From Vitrella brassicaformis CCMP3155 (lineage: Eukaryota > Protista > Chromerida), in the NCBI GenBank assembly GCA_001179505.1, contig CDMY01000604.1:1-44410 (forward strand): a DNA stretch of 44,410 nt. The letters run 5' to 3'. How positions within the stretch are numbered: the stretch's first letter is position 1; the number at the start of each line of letters is the position of its first letter. The notes under the pieces were generated by a model. The model did no database searches. It was not told where the DNA came from and saw nothing but the letters and a program-made list of their open reading frames with translations. Made by a program: the position numbers and the translations under genes. This document shows positions 1 to 12,000 of the stretch, piece after piece.

Positions 1-1460
1 GGCGTATGCGCATGCGATGGCGTAACAGCTGCCGCAGTCTTGTTGGTTGATGACATCGTCCCTGCCGAGCTCGCCCTCCCAGCTGAAACTCGCCGGCAGC
101 TCGTGCTGGCCGCCTCGCGTCTCTGTCGTGGGTGGTGTCGAGGTGGCGGCCAACGGGCAGGGGAAGTTGCTGGCGAAGAGAGCACGCGACTGCAGGAAGG
201 ACACCCCACCGCTTCGCCGCAGCACGGAGCCAATGGTGAGTCGGCGGCCGGGTTTGCCGGCGAAGCGCACGGCAGACGAGGACGGGATGACGTCATCAGT
301 GGGCGGGTGGTGGTGGTACCTCACGAAGATTGGCCGGCGGGAGGCACACACGCCGGTGTCGATTGCTGTCGTTGTTGTTGTGGGCGTGTTGGCGTCGCCC
401 TCATTGTCTGGTTGTGTGCTGTCGGCTGAGGGGGCAATGTGGCGCACATAGTTTGTGGTGCGAGGTGGGCGGGGAGTGCGGCTGCTGAGCTTGGACCCGA
501 CGAAGCAGCCATACTCAGACGCGTCACTGTGCCAGCCGATCTGTGCAATAACACAAACACACAACACACAACACACACAAGTCGTGTTTGTGTGTGTGTG
601 TGTGTGTGTGTGTGCTCGTGTTGCATGTGTGACCTGTGTCCTGTGGCAGTGGGAGACGTAGCACTGAGTTCTGCCGTGATTGTCCTCACCTGTGAGATGG
701 AAACACACACATGGGAGATGCACGTGTGTGCCAACGGCCGGCTGGTTGGCTGGTTGGGTACCTTGTCCGTTGTGCGGCGGAGGGCAGTTGGCTTCAGACG
801 TGGGTGCATAGTGGCTGAAGGCGAAGAGCACTCGGCCATTGTCGAGGCGCACCTCAAAACCCTGATAAACAACATCCACGGAGACATGCAAACATACGGC
901 CATCCATTCATCCATCGATTCATTCGGCTGACCTCGTCGTACACCATTGTCCATCTGCCGATGTCACCGCTCGTCCTGTCGCCATCCCTCACCACCAGCC
1001 GCTTCCAGTCCTCACGGCCGCTCGTTCCGTCAGCCGCCTCGTCTGTTGTGAGCTGTACAGTGATGCACTCACCCACGCCGCCACGGTTAGCCTCGAGCCA
1101 CGACGAGTAATTCTGCACACGCACAGAGGAGAGAATAGGCTAGCAAGTGCATGTCTCTGGTCCTCTCATTCATATGCTGACTCACCGACAGCCGCAGATT
1201 GCCCAGATTGGTGTTGGGAGTCTGCACACAGAAAGCATGCGGCACTGTGTCTCTCTCATTGGCGCATCCTCTCAGACTGACAGTCATTCACTCACGTCGC
1301 TCCCACAGCGAGGCAGTTGGACGTCTCTGTCTCTGTCAAGGCAGAACCGCCAGATACCAGCGACGTCGCTGGTCAGGCAGTGGACAGGCAAGTCAGATCT
1401 GACGTCGCGAATCAGAGCCAAGAGGACGATGAGAGCCAACAGGAGGCCCTTCATGGTCAT
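1..1460 (-). CDS. CTSC: Cathepsin C / dipeptidyl aminopeptidase (DPAP, papain family C1), 5' part; runs off the left edge of the window
   Basis: Spliced minus-strand model (exons ~1460-1296, 1221-1186, 1111-933, 861-770, 690-634, 540-1). It gives a signal peptide MTMKGLLLALIVLLALIRDVRS, then DLPVHCLTSDVAGIWRF. The exclusion-domain motifs WTMVYDEGFEVRL, FAFSHY and SHCHRTQIGW..GCFVG follow. The mature-domain start is LPASFSW...NQQDCGSCYAIA, with the oxyanion Gln and catalytic Cys intact. Confidence 0.93.
541..633 (-). repeat. Representative intronic microsatellite: (CA)n near the donor and GT-rich tract near the acceptor (cathepsin C intron)
   Basis: The sense strand reads gtcacacatgcaacacgag(ca)n...gtgtgtgttgtgtgttgtgtg..gcacag. 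Similar (CA)n, (GT)n, (CT)n, (CTGT)n and (CATC)n tracts occur in many introns across the window. Confidence 0.95.
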
Positions 1461-1922
1461 CTCGGAGGCGTGCTGCTTCTTGCAATTGCAACCCAGGCGA
1501 ACAGCAATGACCGGCAGTGAGGAGTCTTAAGCAATCTGCAATGACGAGCGAACACAGACATGTGTGTACACATCGATCATGCGTGTACACACAAACACAA
1601 ACATTTCGTTCATTCGTTCGTTCATTTAGCTTCTCTGCAATGTCTTCATTATTCACCTGTCAGTGACAGTGTTCGGCGTCGGCACAGCCATCAATGACAT
1701 CATCTGTGCGTCACTATCTGTGCGTCACTCTGACTGTCAACCCTCCGCAGCTTTGCAATGGAGAGTGGCTGGGGGTGTCAATCACTTCATCCGAGCAGGA
1801 CGTTGGTGCGATTCATGGCCTGCCATCGGGGGGGGAGGGAGGGACAAGTCACGTCTCGAATGCGAGCTCAAATCTGACAGATCGCAATGACAGATCTGAC
1901 GATGTCCCTCACCGGTAGCAGA

Positions 1923-2565
1923 ATGAGAATGGAGGGAAGAGCAAGGCGGTGATTCTCATCTGTTTTTCTCGTTTGGTTTTTCCCCTCCTCAGATTCGTTC
2001 GAGGCCGTCACAGGTCAGCTGACAGATCTGGCACGTGATCTGGCGACCAAAGCGCTCGAGGGCGACAGGCCGGCCATCGCCATGTGAGCAGGCACACGAG
2101 GAAGGCAGAAATCACCCAACTCACCCTCTCCCTCGTCCCTGTCGCAGTCTCGGTTCGGCCGCTCTCGGTGGCATCGCTGTCGTTGGCGTTGGCCTGTCGA
2201 GGTGCTTGTGTCCGAAGCGCAAAGCCAAAACCCAGCCACCGGTGTCCGCATCCAAGGCCAAGAAGAGCGCTAAGAAAACTGCCAAGAAGGCACCAGCGGC
2301 AACGGCCGACGAGGTAACAACGCCACCCTCCCCTCCGCAAGCCGAGACGAAGACCACCTCAGCAGCGGACGAGCCTGCTGCTGGAGGCAAGAAGAAGGGC
2401 AAGAAGAGCAAAACTGCCTCCGCCAACGTGCCCGCGGAGGAGACGGCCAAGGCGGCCGTGACCCCGGTGGACGATGACGCCGCCTTGGCGGGTCAGGACG
2501 ATGACGACGAGGGCTGGCATTACGTGTCGACCAAGAAGAGGAGGGGAAAGCAGGCAGCTACCTGA
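1923..2565 (+). CDS. Small hypothetical protein: short hydrophobic segment, then Lys/Ala-rich low-complexity tail ending DDDDEGWHYVSTKKRR
   Basis: The main exon ~2148-2565 is open and coding-like (SAALGGIAVVGVGLSRCLC, then a K/A-rich region). The 5' exons (ATG 1923 and a small exon near 1994-2012) are tentative and were chosen only for phase compatibility. Confidence 0.55.
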
Positions 2566-3211
2566 CGTGATGTGCTGCAGTTGAGTGAGAGAGAGAGTTG
2601 GCGATTGGTGGCACGACCCATATTGGAGGGGAACAGGGTTGGAGGGGAGCCGAGCTTCCCAAATTGAAGCTGTCGTAATTAGCTGGGTGACATTGAGGTG
2701 GGTGTGCATGATAGATGGGCCATGTGTGGCTGGGTGATGGTGAAAAGGCGATAGCGTGTTACCTGGTCGTCTCTGTGTCGATCTTCTTTTTGGCAAGTGC
2801 ACCACGTGGCAGCTGTTATTTCTGCTGACGATAAGTACCTTTGCCTTCAAGTGTAAGTGTTGACGTGCGTGTACGTGTACATGTGAGACGAGAGCATCAA
2901 GCTGTGTCTAATGCAGCTCACAAACGCAGCTCAAGATCGTTAAGCATTCCAGAGAGAAAATCAATCGACAGTCGGTCGGCACCACCACAACAGCTACAAA
3001 ATGACCATGTCCCTGTCAGGGCCGTTCCCCAAGATCGAAGAAAACAGCAATCGCCTCAGTACACACATGGAGTGGATGGATGGAAAAGCCTACACACACA
3101 CTGCATGCCATGCGAAGAGAGCAATGACACAATTACATGCGAGCCCAAAAAGCAGGTCGGGTGACAAAGGCAACAACAAGGCGTGCACTACAACATGACA
3201 TCATCGATCTA

Positions 3212-4889
3212 TCACGAGACAGGCGAGTCGCCCACCACAGTCGAGTGTTCCATTACTCGCGAGGAGCCATCACCCGCCAGTGCACTGCTGGTGGCCGCAT
3301 TGTCGCTCTCCCTCTTGGTCCCACCTGCACCGCTCGATGGTGCGATGAGAGTCCGCTGGTGCGTCAGCCAGTAGATGACCTTGGACACGGTGAGGGCCAG
3401 CCAGCAGACGAGCATCAGCAGCACATACCCCACCATCCAGTCGACCTTGTTGCCGTATCGCGCCTTAAATCCGTGGTATTCCACGAACACCTGGGACACG
3501 TACACAGTGTTCTCCACCACGCGAATCAACAGGACGACGAGGCACACACTGATCGATAAGGACACGTGGCGGTGGCGGTGGTAGAGTAAGGGAAAACAGC
3601 CCACGAGCGACACCAGCACCACCAGCAGCACGTTCACGACAGCGGGGTTGTCTCGGAACCCAGGTCCCACCAGCAGCAGCACCAGATAGAACGTATGCAC
3701 CGCGGCAAACGCGCCAATCGTCACGAGATCGCGAAAGGCCAGCGCAATTGCCCACATACGCAGATGGACGTCAAAGAAGTAGTACGAGAGGCCGAGCAGC
3801 AGCTCCAGCCACGGTCCCACCTCAGTGAGCTTTGGCACAACGCGGCAGAGCACTGCGATGGTGCTGCGACTGTCGGATGACCGCACACCCGTCGTGACGA
3901 GCAGCTTGTCCGTCTGGTCGCGCTGCAGGTCTCGCGCCTCCACAAACGACACGTCAGCCACCTCCTCCTCGCCACCGCGGACACTCGAGGGGGCCCCCCT
4001 GGTCGCCTGGCTGGTCTGATCGTGATGCGAAGGGCTGTCCTTGTGGGCCGTCGAGCCCTTCTCTGTGTCGAGCTCTCGCGTGTCGATGTCCGCATAATGC
4101 CGCTGGCCGGACAGCAGGCTGTCATGCTGTTCGCTGGTGGCGCCGCTGTCTTCGGCTGTGTCGTCGAAGGACTCGTTCAACAGCAGCAGGAAGGCGAGAT
4201 AGATGCAGCAGGCCAGCGCACTGCCGATGTTCATGCCGATGTTCTGATCGGTGAACTGGCTCTTGTGCAGCGTCACGTAGATGTAAAAGGCACTTGTGGG
4301 GATGAGGGCCACGATGGCGTGGACGGTTTCAAACTCCCTCGTTGTCTTGGTGAACTTGCCCAGCCGCCAGCTCTCCACCGCCTCGGGAAAGATGTGGAAG
4401 CCGACAATGGCCAAGATCGCCTTATGCCACTCGCCGTGCGTCGCGTAAAGCACGCCACTCAGCCAAAAGCCTACAGCGCAGACAACGCACACTCTTTGCA
4501 GCGGCACACTCCATGGTGTGTGTGTGTGGTGTGTGGTCCGGGTTGCTGACCGACCGGCAAACTCGAGAGCGAGCGTCAAGTAACACCAGTGGGGCCTCAG
4601 ACGGTAGTACGACGCGGCCGTGGCAATCACAATGACTACACTGGCCACATGAATGATGACCGACAGCAACACGGAACACCTGCAGGGACCAAGACAGTCA
4701 CAATCAGACAATGACAGACATGCAGCGAGGCGACGTGAGCCCATGCATTGCGTGTGGAGTGGAAGTGGGTGCAGGGCAGTCCGCCACCCACCTGATCCAT
4801 GCGGTGAGTTCGCTGAACTCGGACTTGATATGGAGGATGGGATGGGCCAGCTGCCCGCTGGACCGATTGTCTTCGTCAGTGTCAACCAT
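3212..4889 (-). CDS. Multi-pass membrane protein, possibly XK-related (Xkr scramblase-like)
   Basis: ATG 4889 (MVDTDEDNRSS...), phase-consistent intron 4791-4680, a probable second intron near 4500-4555, then a long exon to the stop at 3212. It has about 8-10 hydrophobic segments with a polar loop between two TM clusters. AASYYRLRPHWCYLTLAL and YYFFDVHLRMWAIALAF resemble XK-family TM motifs. The gene is well supported; the family call is tentative. Confidence 0.6.
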
Positions 4890-5051
4890 CAGAGGAGGAC
4901 GTGCTCTGCACCGACTCAAAGCTCGAAGGGAGGTTCAAGCAGCAGAGATCCAATCTGCGAGCTTAGAGTTGCAGGGAAGAAAGAAGCACTTCTCCCCTAA
5001 ATTGTACGGAGCTGATGCTATACGACAGCGGTTAAGATCTGAGAAAAAGCG
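4890..5051. promoter_or_regulatory. Putative compact bidirectional promoter between the XK-like gene and the DUG3-DUG2 fusion
   Basis: Only 162 bp separate the divergent ATGs (4889 -, 5052 +). Inferred from geometry; no motif identified. Confidence 0.5.
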
Positions 5052-5989
5052 ATGTGTCGGTTGACGGCAGTGATCAGTTCGGGTGATCCCATTCTCCTGG
5101 CGGACATCATCACACGACCCAGGTGAACCAGACGACGAGATGAGCTTACTTGTGCATTTATCTGTTGCTTTTGCTGTGTGTGCCTGTCTGTGTTGTGTGT
5201 CAGGATGTCTGTGATCAAGCAGTCGTTCAACTGCCAGGTACACACTGCACTGAAGTCGGGCAATGCCCAGCAGACAGACAAAGGTCACCATTTCACCATC
5301 GATGGCATCCGTCTTGTCTGTGGTCCACAGGAGCGTCTGCGTCACGACCCCAGCATGATCTCCAGCCCATACCAACAGTCATTCCTCAACGGTAGGTAAA
5401 TGACACAGACAGCCATGTGCACCGGGCGTCTGAGAGGTGTGTGTGTTGGTGTGTGTCTGTGTGTGTCAGGTGATGGCTACGGAGTGGGTTGGTATCTGCC
5501 TCAGGCGTTGGAGTCGTCGACTGCCCGCGATGCCGACTGCCCGTGCGTCTTCACGTCACTCAAGCCAGCATGGGCCGACAGGAACCTCGAGATGATTGCG
5601 GAAAAGGTATGAAGGATGGCACACGGATCGTAGGGAGCGGGAAACCGACGAGTGGCTTGCTGTGTCGGTCTTGATTGTGATGCGGTGACTCGGCGCAGAC
5701 CCTGAGCCCATTGATCTTCGCCCATGTGCGGGCAGCCGGGCCTGGATCGGGGTGAGATGACGGCTGAGCCGAAAAAGATTCCCCCTCAGTGCATCTCACG
5801 GTTGCATCTCTCACTCTGTGTGTTTGTGTTTGGTCAGTGTGTCCACTGAGCTGTCGTGCCATCCCTTTGTGTACGGCCGTTTCCTCTTCATGCACAACGG
5901 CTGCATCGGCGAGTTCCAACGTGTCAGAAGGTCACACACACACACACACACACACACCATCACAGCACAGCACACCCATGGCGTTGTCC

Positions 5990-6020
<31 letters not shown>

Positions 6021-9000
6021 CGTGGATGGCGTGTGCGAGTGCAGGGCCTTGTTGGGTCTGTTGAATGACGAGGCCTTTGAGTGGACCGTGAGCAACAGCT
6101 GCATCGACAGTGCAGTCATATTCGGGCTCTTCATCTCGCGACTCGACAGAGGAGGTATTGTACCGAGACACGCACACACACAGCACGAGTCAACCCATCA
6201 GAGGCTCCCTCCCTCCCTCTGGTGTCTGTCTGTCAGGTCGCGGCGCGTACAGTGCGTCCGAGCTGCGCGACAAGTTGCAGTGGACCATGGCGACCGTCGT
6301 GGCCGTGTGCGAGCAGCACAACGTCCAGGAGACCTCCCTCCTCAACGTCGTCATCTCCGACGGCCGCACCCTCCTCGCCACGCGATACGTCCGGCCCCCC
6401 ACCTCCCACCTCCCACACGCATCCCCTTCCCACACGGCCCAGGACCACCACGACCACCAGCCGCCACCGTCGAACTCGACGGCAGCGAGCGATGAGGAGG
6501 AGGAGGAGGAGCGCATCGTGGCTGCCGAGGAGGGGGGACAGGCGGCATCACTCTACTTCGCAACGGGTAAGTGGGTTGGTGAGGGGGAAGGGAGGGAGTG
6601 TGTGGTTGATTTGATGTGTCACGGGTGTGTGTAGGGACTGGTTGGGCGCCGACGCATGCCGGGTCGGACATGTACGAGATGTGTCACAAAGACAGAAGGT
6701 CAGTCAGCAAGAGAATCGAATCCTCTTGGCAGGATTGATTGTCTTCTCACCCTCTCTTGTCGTCCCTGACATCCATCCATCCATGCATCAGGATAGAGGT
6801 GGCCATCATTACATCCGAACCGCTCACCCTCTACCCAGAGGTACACACAGCGCCTGCCCTGCACTTATAGCACCCTGCTCGCATGAGTAATGTTATGTGC
6901 AGGAGTGGGTGCCCGTGCCGTCCAACCATCTAGTGGTATGTGACGGCAGCAGCGGCACCCCCCTCGCAGACAGACCCCCACCCCTCCCCCCGTCGCCCGC
7001 CGTGCTGCCCATCTGGTCGGCCAACCACCCCTTTCCCATCCCCAGGCCCATCCCCAAGACCATCGATGTTCTCATCACACCAATGCCTTCTTGCTGCTCA
7101 CGCCACATTAGCAAGGCCGTCATGGGTCCGCCGAGCAGACTGGTGGAGGTGGAGAGGGGCACGGAGGTCGACACGGAGTGGCTTGAGCAGGCCAGTCCCA
7201 AAAGGCCCGTGCTCGGCACCAACCGCTCTCTCGGCCGTGCCATGACACCGCCCCCTTCGCTGAGCTGCGGGGCGATGTCTCTGTCGATGGAGCTGTCGTC
7301 GCCCGCCGGCATCAAGTGGGTGCTGCAGTCGCTCACCCCTTTCCACCGGCACTCGTTCAGGGCCCACGGCGACGCCATCCTGTGCATGCTGACCATCCCG
7401 TCGGCCTACCTTCCGTCGGATGCAGCTGCTGTGGCTGGTTCGGACATCGTTGTGTCCGGATGCCAGGTACGGTACCTGGGCGGGCACCTGGGGGTGGGGT
7501 GAGTCTGTTTTCTTTCCTTTCCCGCAGGATGGATCAATCAAGATATGGGAGACCCACACGTACGAGACCATCCACACACTGGCCGGCCACAAGAAAGCCG
7601 TGCTCTCCCTCGCACTACACCACCAACCACAGCCCCGGCCAACAGATGGCGGCAGCCCCACCAACAGCACAAGCAAAGGCAAACTGTGGCTGTTGAGCGG
7701 CTCATCGGACACCACTGTCTGCCTCTGGGACATCAGCTGCCTGCTCGTCTCCTCCACTGCTGCTGTATCTGACGGCGACGCGTCCCCCCACGCGACTCTC
7801 GTCGACTCGATGGACCACCTCTTCCCCTCACCCGATGGCATCCCCACCGTCCTCAAAACCACCAGTCGCCTCACTGCGGTCGCCCTGCCAGCAGCACCAG
7901 CACCGGCGCCTTCATGCCATCGGCCATCTCTGCGGACACAGGTGCGGTTTATGCCCTTGCAGGGCGACGTCTTGTCCCTCTGCACCGCACCTGCCGAGGG
8001 CCGGCTCAGCCGGCGGCACTCGCCGGCTGCAGCAGCAGCAGCAGAGGCCACCCGTCAGCCGTCATCAAGCGCCCACCCATACTTGGACCTCTATGTCGGC
8101 TTCCAGAACACCACCTGCGTGACACTGAGCCTCAACGAGCTGCTCGCTCCGCAGCAGACGACACAAAGGTCCGACGGAGGCGACGCGGCTTACCATTCGC
8201 TGGCAGTGGAGCCGCTGACGGGCGCGTCTCGCCACACGGGGTTCATCCAGGCGATTGTTGGTTGTGGTGAGTATGTGCTGACGGGCGGGGGCGACGGGAT
8301 CATCCTGGTGTGGAAGGGCGGACGGATGGAAGGCGCGCTCAAGGGACACAGGTGCACAGGGACGTCGGCGAGAGACCAGCCAGGAAGATCTGTCTCCATG
8401 TGACGCGTTTCTCCATGTGACGCGCTTCTCTGTCTGTTGTGGTCTGTGTCGGTTAGGGGTGGGATTCTATGCCTTGCGAGTTCTGACCAGCACCGTCGCG
8501 ACGGCAACCAAGCTACCGGTGGTGCATCGGGGTGGCGTCGGCCTCTGGGAGGCGGCAACCATGAGCGCATCGTCTTCTCCGGCAGGTGCGCAGCACAGCA
8601 ACACCTAGCCACCCATCCCATCCTGTCACGCACTCTCTGTCTGTGTCTTCTCTCTGCAGTCGGGACAAGACCGTCCGGATGTGGGATGTCGAGCTGAGAT
8701 GCTGCAGACAAAGCCTCATCGTACGATGGCCACATGGATGATGCACCAGACACGCCCATGGAAACACACACATAGATGTGTGCGTGTTTATATGATATCA
8801 GGGTCACACGAGTGAGGTCCTGTCGATAGCCCTGACGCACTGCTACGTCCTCTCGAGCGCCAACAGCGAGCTCTTCATCTGGTGCCGCGAGACACACCGC
8901 CTCCTCTCCACTGTCGGCACCACCAATGCCCTGCCAATGGGCACAGCCATCATCACGGCCACCATCGCCCTGCCCCACACGTCAGCCGCAGACGAGGACG

Positions 9001-12000
9001 CGCCACCCGTCGGCTCCAAACGCATCGACGATTTCTCCGTGCTGGTGGCTGGCGGCGACGGGCTCGTTCGGTGCGTGCAGGTGCGTGAGGAGTTCGAGGC
9101 ACATGGGTCGGCGTCATTCAGCCCCAGCCCGTCGCCGCTTGAAGACCCCTCCTCGTCTGTTTGGGACGGCAATGACAGCGACTTCACTCTCGACGGGCTG
9201 GCCAGCCCACTGGCCGAGCAGTCGACGCCGGTCAGGGACACCTCCAGGGAGGAAGAGCGCAGGGTGGTGCTCCCGCCACCTGCAGAACCGCACAACTGCA
9301 CTGGTGGCACAAAGAAGCGGCAAAAGGACAAGGACAGCAGAGAGGTGGCCGAGACGAGGGTGAGGTACGGCTTGCCCAGGTCGGCCGTGTTCGAGTTCGA
9401 GCTGCTATTCCGCCACCTCATCTCATTCAAGAGCGTCTCCGGGGACGTCAGCTGCCTGGAGGAGTGCTGGAAGAACGCCAAGTTCATCCAGAAGCTGCTC
9501 GAGCAGCTCGGTGCGCGGGTCAAGCTGTTCGCCCATCCCAGCGGGACCGACACGCCCCGCGCGCAGCAGGCGATGCCGGCGACTCGCGAGTGTGCCGGGT
9601 CGGAGGGCCGCGTGCAGTTTGAGGACTGCCACAGGCAGCGAGCGACGCATCCGGGGGCCAAGTCTCCACTGGTGGTGGGGCGGCTGGGCGACGACCCGGC
9701 CAAGCCGACGGTGGTCTTCTATGGCCACTACGACGTCGTGAGCGCGAGCATGGCGCCCCAGACATCGACAGGTGGGTTGACGAACAGTGCATGCGTGACC
9801 AAATCAGAGCGACAAGAGTGTGCTGTGTGTGCACGTTGTTCATTTTCTTCTCCTCCCCTTGTGTGCATGTGTCCCAGACTCTGGTGATGCGTGGCGCACG
9901 CCGCCCTTCGAGTTGACAGGACAGGACGGCTACTGGTTTGCATTGCAACCAACGGACACACACGAACACACACGCCACAGCACAGCACACCACCCACCCC
10001 TACTTTGCGGTGCTGTGTGTCGTCTGTCTGTCTGTCAGGTATGGTCGTGGCACGACTGACAACAAGGGCCCCATCCTAGCGTCCATCTTTGCCGTCAAGG
10101 CACTGCAGTCGCAGCGGCCCAAGGGCAGGTCACGCACTGGCTGCACCGGCAGCAGCAACGTGCGCAACGGCTTGGAGGCCCCACCCAACTCCAGACAGTG
10201 GAGCGAACGGAGCCGCTCGGCGGTCCAGGGCGCTACCGCGCTGTCCGAGTTGCCTGTCAACTTCGTGTGGATCATCGAGGGTCAGGACAGAACATCACAA
10301 GACGGAAACAGACAACCACACACTGCCATGCCAAGGGCTTGCCTCTGTTGTGTTGTGTGCAGGTGAGGAGGAGAACGGCAGTGTGGGGTTCGAGTCGATG
10401 GTGGCGTGTGCGCAGCGGGAGGGTTGGTTCGAGGGCTGCGAGTACCTGATATGCAGCAACAGCTACTGGATCGACGACCACACCCCCTGTTTGGTCTACG
10501 GCATGCGGGGCGTCATCGACTACCAGATAGAGGTGCGGGGGGGCGATGCTGACCTCCACAGCGGACTGCACGGGGGCATCGTCGCAGAGCCGCTGCAAGA
10601 CCTTATCGCCCTTGTCAGGTACAAGCAGCAGAGAGAGAGAGGCACACAGGCTCGATGGATGACACATGGGGTCGACCGATGCCTTGGTTCCTTCCTGTGT
10701 GTAACTTGTGTTGCTTGCTGTCCGTCAGCACGTTGAATGACGAGCAGGGCAACCCCAATCCGGCCATCATTCCCCCGTTACCAGGCGTCGCTCTGCCCAC
10801 CTGCTGTGCTGACGGCACGCCTCTCTTGAAACAGCCGCCGTGTCGGCACCGTCATTTTTCAAGAGAGGTGCGACGACACGCCGCCGAGCCACAAAGCACA
10901 GAAAAAACCAAGATCATGGATCTATCTGTGTGCGCGTGTGTTGATTCATTCATTCATATGTGTGTAGGAGAGCAGTCTGTTGGGGAGCTACTTCAACGTG
11001 GATCGCTACCGTCGGCAGATCAAGGGCGCGGCGCTCAAGTCGCAGAGCCCCCTCGACATCCTCTACCAGCGGTGGTGCGCCCCCTGTATCTCCGTGTCCG
11101 ACATATTCACCTCACTCGCGAGAAAACACCATTACCACCACTATGCCCCCACATCGCCCACTGATTATGCCGCGCTGCCTACTGCGTCACACATTACCAA
11201 CAGCAACCCCCGTGACGCCTCGACGACCGCTCAGGGGCTGCTGGCGGCTGCACTCAATGAGGCCAACGAGGCACCGGCTGCTGACGCCACCAGTGGCACA
11301 GGCGGCGATGAGACTCGTGCATCCCTCTTGCCGCAGCCGAGTCGCGATGACGGTAGTGTGAGGGAGGGAGGGGGGCGGCCGGGCGGCGTGGGCTCGTCTG
11401 CATCAAGAGGCAGTGGTGGGTCGCATCTGACGAAGGGCACATTCAGGGTCAGTCAGTGAGAAAGCAAGAGACAGACAGACAGAGAGCACTGTGTTCGTTC
11501 CGTTTGTTCTAATCGATCGATCGATCAGGTGATTCCCTGCAGTGCGGTGTGCAATCTGTCTATTCGATTTGTCCCCGACCAGGACGCCAATGCCCTGGTG
11601 GACCGCCTCACTGAGCACCTCACTCGCGAATTCGGCCGTCGGGCGTCGCTCAACTCGTTGAAGCTGCGGGTGGTCAGTGTGGGGGACGCATGGATCGCCC
11701 GGACCGACACGCACGACAGCAACAACAGCAGCAGCAGCAGCAGCCGGCAGGGCAAGTTGTTCCGCTGCGCCACGCGTGCGGTGACGGACAGCTGGGGCGT
11801 GCGGCCGCTGGTGATCCGCGAGGGCGGCACGATGCCTGTCATCCACTGCCTGAGTGCGGTGCTGGGCATCCCAGCCATCCAGCTGCCCATGGGCCAGTCC
11901 AGCGACGCCGCCCACCTGCCAAACGAACGAATACGCATGAAGAACCTCTACAAGGTATCTGACTGACGGATGATGATGCCTCAATGCCACAACGCCACCA

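Noticed and set aside
439-1110. Long plus-strand ORFs opposite cathepsin C, and similar antisense ORFs elsewhere (7098-8051, 8843-9703, 12722-13348, 37775-38428)
   Set aside because: These are shadow ORFs of GC-rich coding strands, often with VCVCVC/THTHTH microsatellite translations and no recognisable motifs.
7942-7962. Possible 21-nt in-frame GT...AG micro-intron in the WD40 region
   Set aside because: It is far shorter than the other introns here and the frame is open either way. It cannot be decided without cDNA.
8393-8426. 17-bp tandem duplication tctccatgtgacgcg(t/c)t
   Set aside because: Only two copies inside an intron, with no spacers or terminal structure. It is simple slippage, not CRISPR or a transposon footprint.
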